This document shows positions 40,225-47,310 of a DNA stretch of 64,000 nucleotides, in pieces. Each line of letters opens with the position of its first letter. Within the stretch, counting starts at the first letter, position 1. Origin of the DNA: an uncultured delta proteobacterium. GTDB taxonomy: Bacteria > Desulfobacterota > Desulfobaccia > Desulfobaccales > 0-14-0-80-60-11. The stretch is taken from the NCBI GenBank assembly GCA_963766185.1, contig CAVXZU010000014.1:113128-177127 (forward strand), in the 5' to 3' direction. Under the pieces are notes generated by a model, which worked only from the letters and a program-made list of their open reading frames with translations, was not told the origin of the DNA and searched no databases. The translations under genes were made by a program, and so were the position numbers.

Positions 40225-42171
40225 CTAGTCTGGTTGGCGAACCGCGACGAGTTTCCGGAACCGCTTAAAATGAAGCCGGGCGGCATCGGACTTAGGGTCC
40301 TGGGCGAAGGACCAACGTACCAACGCTTCGCTATAGAGCGCTTCAACCTCTTGCTGGCGTGGATCAGGCGCCAACACGCCATTACTCAAAAACTGTTCTG
40401 ATTTCTCAATGATGGTAATATGATCGCCCTGAGCGGAGGCCTGGATAATAGCTTGATAAGCGGCATCGCGCGCGTTGCGGTGGCTGGGCTCTCGAATGCC
40501 AAGGACTGCAGCGCAGCAGATCAGGACCAGGGCAAGCGCAAGTTCGGCTTTGACCCACTTCGCCTGGCGGCTGAACAGCCAGAGCATGAACGGTTCCAAG
40601 CTGAACCTCTTCTTATCAGTTTCCGGGACGATCATGGGCAGGGAGGCCTGGCTGGCTTCAGACTGAGGTTCCGCCTGGGGCGCCGGAGAGAGTTCTGCTT
40701 TGGTTGCATCCCTGAGCAGCCGGTTGGCCAGAAAGGAGGTAACGGTGTTGGCGTCGAGTGCGGCAAGTGCGGGATCTTCGGCGGCGATCTGCATCCAAAG
40801 AGTGCTGATCTGCGACTCGGATTCTGGTTTCTGTTCGGCAACTTTTCCCAAGGCGGTGAAAAGGTTGAGGGGGCGCGGATCTTCCACCGTGGGCTTGTCG
40901 AAGCCCATTTCTGTCCAGATCGTGAACGCCAGTGCTTTTTGTCTGTCGTGCTGCAGTTGGGCGGAAGCTTCCGATTCCGCAAACTCGTTTATGAGGGAAA
41001 AGCCAATGGCTGCCTCCTGGTGCATCCGCACTCCCTCCGGGGTGAGAGTGGTGTTGGGGGCAGCTTTGATTTCTTCGAGTACCTTTGATACGTCCTCTTG
41101 GAGATCGGTCATCAGCTTGATGATTTGTTCACGTGAACTCCAAAACTTTTCAGAGCCGGGATTTAATACAACCGCGGTTTCTACTTCAAGCAGGGCTGTT
41201 GACAGCTTTCCGGCATTCGCCAACTTCACGGCGCAAAGGTGATGCAAATCGCCGAGTAGATCGAGAACAAACAGGCTGTACGGAGCATAAGAGCGCAAGG
41301 TATCAAGACGCAGAATTCCCTCGTGAATCGTCTCTGCATCTCTGGTGGACGCCGTTCCAGAGTCATCGCCGCTGAGGCTTTCGAGAGTCGCAGAGAATTG
41401 AAGGTCTGCTGCGAGATTAACGTACTCCTCCTCATCTGGAAAGCGCTCGACCAAGTCTAATTTTGCGCGCCAATAGGCGTTTTCCCATTGTTTGGCATCC
41501 CGAAGAGCAGCAATTTCCCGTTTGGTATTGGTGACGAAAGCCGAATCGTCGTGAAAACAAAGCTCAGCGCAGTCACGCTTAAGCTTATAGATATAGTTGA
41601 GGTGAACGAAACAGCGATGCGATGGCTCTGGTGATGTGCCCAACGACCGAAGCCCATTGTAGAAAGCCCAATGTACATTTAAAAAGAGTTCCTGGACAAA
41701 GTGGCGGCGGATCTGGTCGAGAGAAACGGCACCAGACAGGCCAAGCCGATCGGATACTTCGGTTATGAGCTGCTGCCAATCCGCACCTGCTTTGACGACT
41801 TTACCAAGTTGCAAGTGAGCTTCTTGCCAGAGGAAATCGGCGCGGACGTATCTGCCTTGGCGTTCGGCGTCGATGGCCAACTGCCGGAGGCGAAGGAGAC
41901 GACCGATACGTTCTGGGAAATTGAGTTTTAGGCCAGCGATAAAACGAGAGCGGCTCAAGGTCTCGCCGGCCGTGACAATCTCATGCGCAACCTTTTGGGC
42001 AGCAGATGGTTCGCTCTGGCCGACGGCGTCTGTTCCAGGCTGGGGCTCGAAAATCCAATCAAATGCCGGAGTTGAATCTGCATTTGCCATTTCATTCGCC
42101 TCCGTTCTCCCCTGACGGGCCACAGTGGGGTTGGGAATTGTGTTGAAAAAGTTTCTGTTCCATAAAGACAC
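40225..42171 (-). CDS. 648-aa all-helical protein with a single TM helix near the C-terminus, unknown function
   Basis: Intact ORF 15 nt upstream of the giant gene. TM segment WVKAELALALVLICCAAVLGI at about residues 545-570. No P-loop or known catalytic motif seen. Confidence 0.7.
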   Translation of the reverse strand: MSLWNRNFFNTIPNPTVARQGRTEANEMANADSTPAFDWIFEPQPGTDAVGQSEPSAAQKVAHEIVTAGETLSRSRFIAGLKLNFPERIGRLLRLRQLAIDAERQGRYVRADFLWQEAHLQLGKVVKAGADWQQLITEVSDRLGLSGAVSLDQIRRHFVQELFLNVHWAFYNGLRSLGTSPEPSHRCFVHLNYIYKLKRDCAELCFHDDSAFVTNTKREIAALRDAKQWENAYWRAKLDLVERFPDEEEYVNLAADLQFSATLESLSGDDSGTASTRDAETIHEGILRLDTLRSYAPYSLFVLDLLGDLHHLCAVKLANAGKLSTALLEVETAVVLNPGSEKFWSSREQIIKLMTDLQEDVSKVLEEIKAAPNTTLTPEGVRMHQEAAIGFSLINEFAESEASAQLQHDRQKALAFTIWTEMGFDKPTVEDPRPLNLFTALGKVAEQKPESESQISTLWMQIAAEDPALAALDANTVTSFLANRLLRDATKAELSPAPQAEPQSEASQASLPMIVPETDKKRFSLEPFMLWLFSRQAKWVKAELALALVLICCAAVLGIREPSHRNARDAAYQAIIQASAQGDHITIIEKSEQFLSNGVLAPDPRQQEVEALYSEALVRWSFAQDPKSDAARLHFKRFRKLVAVRQPD

Positions 42172-42212
42172 CTCCTCATCGAAGCAGGATTGAGGAGTTG
42201 GAGGAGCGATGC

Positions 42213-42983
42213 CTACACTTTGGCGTTCTTGGCAATTTCAATGTTGGTCAGCCAACCCATAACCGGTTCATCAGGTTTACCGTGTTCCGTAACGAAAACA
42301 TCTTGACAATCCTTTACACCCTCCATGATGGCTTTTGCGTCTGCAAGATTTTGATCTAGAGCCACAAAGGCCAATGTCTTGCTAACGTAATCCTTCATCC
42401 CATTGAAGTTCAGGAAATCTTCCAGAGTCGTGGTGTTCAATTGGAATCCCTGCCCCTTAGCAAGGCTTTCTTCGGCGAGGAACTTGTAGAGCATGCTCTG
42501 ATGGATCACGTACCGGGTGACACCCTTGTCGTCCAGGATAGGAATGCGGGTGACCACGCCCACCAGAAAGTCTTTCAAAATCTCGAGTTTTATATCCTTT
42601 TCGCTCTGGCCGGCGGACAACCGTACGGCCTTTATAGAGCTTACCGGCAACATGGCTTTCCGGACCGGGATGCTGCGAAGCTTCTCATCCGGGGTTAACT
42701 CTTTGACTGTATTAATAAAGGACTGACTTGCTGCCTGAAAGTTATCTTTAGAAAAGTAGTAGGCCAGTATCGTCCCGACCCAAGTTCCGATAAGCGGTAA
42801 GATGGCGGTAAAGACCATTTGGGTTGTCTCTCGGAGGTGCGAGGTGCTGGTGAGGGCAACGGCAATAATGACCATTGCTGCCAGAAGCATCAAACCTATG
42901 GTGGATCCGTAAACAATCCGCCTGGCGATGGTGGCACGGTCCTGTCGTTCGGCGACTTCAACCGCTTTATCTCCGTTTGACAT
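42213..42983 (-). CDS. 2-TM membrane protein with cytoplasmic CBS-domain pair
   Basis: TM helices IVYGSTIGLMLLAAMVIIAVAL and MVFTAILPLIGTWVGTILAYYF. CBS-like units IPVRKAMLPVSSIKAV...VTRIPILDDKG and VSKTLAFVALDQNLADAKAIM...DVFVTEHGKPDEPVMGWLTNIEI. Confidence 0.75.
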   Translation of the reverse strand: MSNGDKAVEVAERQDRATIARRIVYGSTIGLMLLAAMVIIAVALTSTSHLRETTQMVFTAILPLIGTWVGTILAYYFSKDNFQAASQSFINTVKELTPDEKLRSIPVRKAMLPVSSIKAVRLSAGQSEKDIKLEILKDFLVGVVTRIPILDDKGVTRYVIHQSMLYKFLAEESLAKGQGFQLNTTTLEDFLNFNGMKDYVSKTLAFVALDQNLADAKAIMEGVKDCQDVFVTEHGKPDEPVMGWLTNIEIAKNAKV

Positions 42984-43052
42984 ACGTATTCTCCTTGTAA
43001 TTAATTATCTTTATGTATCTGAATGAATGGACGGGCCATATCCAGTCAGATC

Positions 43053-43265
43053 TTAAATCCTTAGCCTTTTAGAGTTTGGATATTTCCCATCAATGATATG
43101 CTGAACGCATTTCAAGACCTCACCCTGGGGGGATATTGATCCGGGTAAGACAGGGTTTTGATAACCAAGTTCTTTGATTTTTTTGTGATAAACTGGTTCA
43201 CAAGGAAGACAAAAAGAAAGAAAAGTTTGAGGTGGGGGAAGCGAGGAGGAGGCAGTCATGCTCAT
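43053..43265 (-). CDS. small hypothetical protein with CxxC (possible degenerate glutaredoxin-like fold)
   Basis: 70-aa ORF. First reading frame downstream of the predicted promoter. FLSFCLPCEPVYHKKIKELGY...QHIIDGKY loosely resembles NrdH/Grx. The RBS is poor. Confidence 0.3.
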   Translation of the reverse strand: MSMTASSSLPPPQTFLSFCLPCEPVYHKKIKELGYQNPVLPGSISPQGEVLKCVQHIIDGKYPNSKRLRI

Positions 43266-43383
43266 TACCTCGATAAAAATAAAAGCCGGGCCCCTCTTTC
43301 GGAAACCCGACTTTTTACGTCAGCATAGTGATGCCCCCTGCTGGGGATTGAATGGCAGTATTTTATCTACCGCATTTTTTAAA

Positions 43384-43412
43384 ATTTAACCATTAACCTA
43401 TAAATTTGTCAA
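43384..43412 (-). promoter_or_regulatory. candidate sigma-70 promoter of the island operon
   Basis: Minus strand reads TTGACA (43412-43407) - 17 nt - TTAAAT (43389-43384). It sits in a short AT-rich tract ~120 nt upstream of the first island ORF. Confidence 0.5.
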
Positions 43413-43438
43413 CAATTTATAAGACTATTTAAGAAACT

Positions 43439-43831
43439 TTGCATGGTCCAGCAGTTTGGGCCGGGACCCCTTGCTTTCTCCATTTTTGGCAGAATAGACA
43501 CGTGGCTGAAGGTGCTCTTGAGAAGTTGGGGATGAACTTGAAGCCAGCCAAGACCAAGGCCGAGGTTCAACGGGTGCAGTGCCTGTGGTTGCGGGCTTCT
43601 CTGAGGCTTTCTGCGGGCCAGGTGGCTACCCGCTATAGCTTTGCTTCCCAAGCTCTCAATTCCGGAACTCCTCAGCATTTAATCGGGGCTTTCTTGGGGC
43701 ATAAAGATCCCCAATCTACCGAGCGCTACGCCCATCTGGAAACCGGGCCCCTGGTCCAGGGCTGGAACCGCCACGAGCAGGTGCGGCACCAACTTGGCAC
43801 CAAAGCGCAAATTGGCGGCGCTAACCTATGA
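43439..43831 (+). pseudogene. tyrosine recombinase (integrase) remnant, C-terminal box only
   Basis: ...ATRYSFASQALNSGTPQHLIGAFLGHKDPQSTERYAHL retains the LGH....T..Y.H catalytic tail, but the HxxR box is degenerate. The ~250 N-terminal residues of a normal integrase are missing. Ends 30 nt before the distal direct repeat. Confidence 0.65.
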
Positions 43832-43860
43832 GAATTTTATCTTCAACTGTAACTATTCTT

Positions 43861-43889
43861 TGGGTTCGATTGCCATGCACTTCCGCCAA
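43861..43889 (+). repeat. distal direct repeat (att-like) = copy of the tRNA-Sec 3' end
   Basis: tgggttcgattGccatgcacttccgccaa versus tRNA positions 32731-32759. The single mismatch is at 43872. Confidence 0.85.
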
Positions 43890-44524
43890 TCTTTTCCAGG
43901 AGGCGCCATAGCCGCCCCTGGCCCGCCTGACCGGAACCATCTTGCGACTAACTGTTTGACAACGGGGAAATATTTTATAAAATTTAATAAGAAACCAGGC
44001 TAGGGGGCCTGCAAGCCTTTCCATGAGGGGAACGCTTTCCGGTCGTTCCCTTTATAGTTTTCAGGCAACGCTGAAGCTGACCTTGAGCCCGAATCTTTGG
44101 AAGTTACAGTTCCCTGCGGGTATGCGGCGAGGTTACCTGGTGCAGAGAACCCAAGGGCTACGGTTTTATTTCCCGGAACGGGCGGCCCGAGGTCTTCGTC
44201 CACCACCGTAAAATTTCGGGCGAGGGCTTTCGCACCCGGGATGAGGGCCAGAAAGTCGAATTCGGAATGGCGGCAGGGACAAAGGGTCCCTCATGACGAA
44301 GCTTTAGCGTAGCGGAGCCTTAAGGCGGTGGCGGCTGACTATTGGCGGCCACCCCGAGGCCGGAATACCACGATCTCAGCGGTTCAGGCGCGGGGCAAAC
44401 CGCAGCAACAGTTTGACCCGACGGCGTGGCGGCCGCCCCTGAAAGGAGTCGCCGCCTTAGTAACCATCAAGCAACTGGCGCAGCAGGCGTGACATCTGTT
44501 GCCACCAGACCACTAGGAGAAGTT

Positions 44525-45022
44525 ATGAGCAAAGTTAAAAATGGCGATTTTGTCCAATTGCATTACACCGGCACCCTGGAAGACGGCTCGGTCTTTGACA
44601 GCAGCGACGGCCGCCCCCCCCTGGAGTTTCAGGTGGGCGGCGGGGGAATTATCCAGGGCTTCAATGATTCGGTTATCGATATGGCCCTCAATGAAGAGAA
44701 AAAAGTGGTTCTCACCCCGGACCAGGCTTATGGCGAACCCCGGGAGGATCTCAAGCGGGATTTTCCCGCCTCGATGTTGGAAGGGAATCCGGTTGAGGTG
44801 GGCCAGCAGCTGCGGTTCTCCAGCCCCCACGGCCCTGTATCCGGGACGGTCTTGAGCATCGAACCCGAGAAATTTGTGGTGGATTTCAACCATCCGTTGG
44901 CCGGGCAGACGCTCTCGTTCGATATCAAGATCGTGGGCATCAGCGACACCCCCAGCCAGCCCCAGGAAGGGTGCTCCTGTACGCCTTCCTCCTGCTCCTC
45001 CGGCTGCGACTCCTGCGGCTAA
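44525..45022 (+). CDS. slyD: FKBP-type peptidyl-prolyl isomerase, SlyD-like, with Cys-rich tail
   Basis: Start MSKVKNGDFVQLHYTGTLEDGSVFDSS after GGAGAAG. IIQGFNDSVIDMALNEEK, IF-insert region, NHPLAGQTLSFDIKIVGI, tail CSCTPSSCSSGCDSCG. The ORF track start at 44426 is not supported. Confidence 0.85.
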   Translation: MSKVKNGDFVQLHYTGTLEDGSVFDSSDGRPPLEFQVGGGGIIQGFNDSVIDMALNEEKKVVLTPDQAYGEPREDLKRDFPASMLEGNPVEVGQQLRFSSPHGPVSGTVLSIEPEKFVVDFNHPLAGQTLSFDIKIVGISDTPSQPQEGCSCTPSSCSSGCDSCG

Positions 45023-45062
45023 CTTAGCCGGTTGACAGGGGAATTATAAACTTACTCAATAA

Positions 45063-45103
45063 CCAGGGGTTAGGCCGCATCAGCCTAACCCCTGGCTTTT
45101 ATT
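45063..45103 (+). terminator. rho-independent terminator
   Basis: 13-bp perfect stem ccaggggttaggc / gcctaacccctgg, 7-nt loop, then cttttatt. Confidence 0.8.
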
Positions 45104-45552
45104 GCCAACCCCTGCGTCAACAACGGGTCGGAAAAGCCCAAAATATGCCTTTGGCCTGCCCCCATGGATTATCCCGGAACTTAAGTTAGCGTTGGGGCAA
45201 AGCCGGGCAAGTTGGGCGGTGATTGGCACCACCACGATTATCATGATGACCGGCAGGTGGTTGCCCATCTCGCCGCCACCACCCCGGGCGTCAAGCCCCG
45301 GCCCTCCCTCTAGTGGCCCCTGCTGGCTCTGACCGTGCTCGGCTATTTCTTTCTGACCCAAGGGGTAAAGTTCTGGATAGGGCGTAAGGCCTGGATTTGA
45401 TCCGCATCGACGGAGTTTCGCGAGGTGGTGGTGAAATGCCCAAGAGCGGAGGCCATCAGGCAGAAAAGAGTCGATATGCTCTGGATATGGAGTGTTGAGG
45501 CGTTCGGTGATACGGCCAGAGGCTCGATGACTGGGTGATAGAGAGTTAGGGG

Positions 45553-46065
45553 TTAAGGTTCATTTTCAATCTTGGCCAGGATACGTTGCCGGTCTTCCTC
45601 TTTACTGAGATCAAAGATACGGATGCCGAAGTGCTCGGCCACCTTGACGCCCATGCCGGTGCCCCCGCCCTCGGGCTTGTCCCAGTCGGGCAGGGCAATG
45701 ACAAACTCGCTGCCTTCGATGATGCCGATATTGCGGCAGTGCAACCTGACCGTTCGGTCGTTGAGGGTTTCCGCCTTCGGATGCAGCTTTCTGACCAGCA
45801 TCTGGCGCTCATGCGTGTCGGGCTCCACAATCACCTGGTTCAACAGGAAAATGAACTCAGGGTTGTAGCCCTCCCAGGGGAGATGCAGCTCCACCAAACG
45901 AGGGTTCACCATACTAGCCCCCAGGGCAAAGAACCGCTCGCTGCCGGCGGCATTGCCACTGGAGACGGTTAAGCCTTGGAGAGCCAGCCAACCGCCGATC
46001 TTGATGAGTAAATTTTGCTCTTCCGGTGAAGTCTCTTTCTTACCGATGCAGGCCACCTTTTTCAT
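45553..46065 (-). CDS. DprA/Smf-like SLOG (Rossmann) domain protein, stand-alone
   Basis: 170 aa. VACIGKKETSPEEQNLLIKIGGWLALQGLTVSSGNAAGSERFFALGA and ...LHCRNIGIIEGSEFVIALPDWDKPEGGGTGMGVKVAEHFGIRIFDL follow the DprA pattern (GSR..S..G......L...G..vVSG.A.G.D..A / RNriI.g.s....V.e....SG...t...A...g..v). Confidence 0.55.
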   Translation of the reverse strand: MKKVACIGKKETSPEEQNLLIKIGGWLALQGLTVSSGNAAGSERFFALGASMVNPRLVELHLPWEGYNPEFIFLLNQVIVEPDTHERQMLVRKLHPKAETLNDRTVRLHCRNIGIIEGSEFVIALPDWDKPEGGGTGMGVKVAEHFGIRIFDLSKEEDRQRILAKIENEP

Positions 46066-47310
46066 AAACTCTCTCCCTTGCCGCCCTCAGGATCACCCAA
46101 ACAACCAAGGCTGCCATGACTTCTGCCGCCCTGCCTCCAGTGATTGTACCAAGTTTTAAGTGAGGATGGGATTCAATTCAAGCTCTAGAGATGGTTTGCC
46201 AACGGAAACGCGAAAATCGGCGCTACGAAAGTTTCTCAATCTTGGCACGATCAGCGCTTATCACCCCTGCCTTAAAAATTGCCGATATGCTCTGGATGGC
46301 GAAACCTTTCCGGACCATCGTGATGAGCGCATAAAAAGCTTGCCCGCTACCCTGCCTTCGTACCGACCGCGTCCTGCTTGGCAGCTTTCAGCACAACTTT
46401 CTCCGGCTCACCTAACTCCTTGAGGGCCTCTCACCCCAGGCACTTCGCCGGCCTCGCCCCAAAAAGCCTCGCGCGGTGGTTCGGTGGTCACGTTGGCCAT
46501 ATTGCCCACGTAAAATTTCGTATTCATATCTTCTCGATGCTGCAAAGCTATACCCGCCAAAAAGCAGGGCGCACAGCAGTCAGGTAAAAAAATCGGCCGG
46601 GGAGACTGGGCAACCCGTCCGATCATTGTCCAGGACTTGTGGCCCGGCTTTCATGCTGACCTGATAAACTTTTTCTATTCTACAAGAAAATTAATCAATG
46701 CCAGACTAATAAAATTAACATTGGACCTGCTCGTAAAATTAAAGAGTTGAAGTCATAATTGGCATAATGGAAGAATGGAATGATTGCAGCAGATATTCTT
46801 GAGCTTGTGAAAATAATAAACAAGATCAAAAAAATCATTAAATCATAGATAACTTAAAGTATTTGCCATGTAATAAATATATTCTCATAGCGGTTGGTTT
46901 CTCATTGGACTCTTTTTTATTAATGACAAAACTATAATTTTATGTCAAAGTTAAGATTAGCATAAAATTAGGGGAAATGGAGTTTGCCTGGTTGATTCAT
47001 GGGTGACTCCGAGCGTCAGCCTAAGGTAAGGCCGTTTGACGACTGCCACTCTATCCAGCCAGTCTATCTCATTGCCGCGGCTCAGGCGCCAAGACCTGCC
47101 CCTTTCACTCCACTGGACAATCACCTATAAAAAGAAGATAATTCAAAAGGTTGTGGCAATACTCCCCTCAGGAGATCTCTCGAGGCCGGTGGACTTGCGG
47201 CACGTAGTCTGAGGGATTCATAGCAGCCGCCTTGCACCCCAATTTAATCGTCTTACCTCGGATTTCGGTTGAGCTGGCCGAGTAGCTCAGGTCAAAAGGA
47301 GACCTTAAGC

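Larger units (their letters stand above)
32731..43889. mobile_element. ~11.1 kb genomic island integrated at the 3' end of tRNA-Sec (integrase decayed)
   Basis: The 29-nt stretch tgggttcgattcccatgcacttccgccaa (32731-32759) is repeated at 43861-43889 (28/29). The interior is visibly more AT-rich than the flanks. A tyrosine-recombinase remnant lies next to the distal repeat. Confidence 0.8.

Noticed and set aside
44020-44420. This region was checked for RNase P RNA, tmRNA, SRP RNA, and cobalamin or c-di-GMP riboswitch signatures.
   Set aside because: None of the conserved cores I can recall is present (GGAAAGUCCGGGC, the tRNA-like tmRNA end, the SRP GGAAGCAGCC motif, the B12 box, the GEMM ACGCAAAGC motif). 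An Infernal scan is needed for a firm answer.
45472-46287. A 14-nt direct repeat gatatgctctggat (45472-45485 and 46274-46287) flanks the SLOG gene and might be att-like.
   Set aside because: A single 14-mer match within 64 kb is close to chance expectation. There is no extended similarity and no recombinase.
46160-46630. Minus-strand ORF 46408..46626 begins MNTKFYVGNM..., reminiscent of an RRM/RNP-type RNA-binding protein. Other frames nearby give GNAT-like snippets (VRRQGSGQAF).
   Set aside because: The similarity is a few residues only and is lost after ~30 aa, with stops in all frames. At best these are unrecognisable gene debris, so no feature was called.
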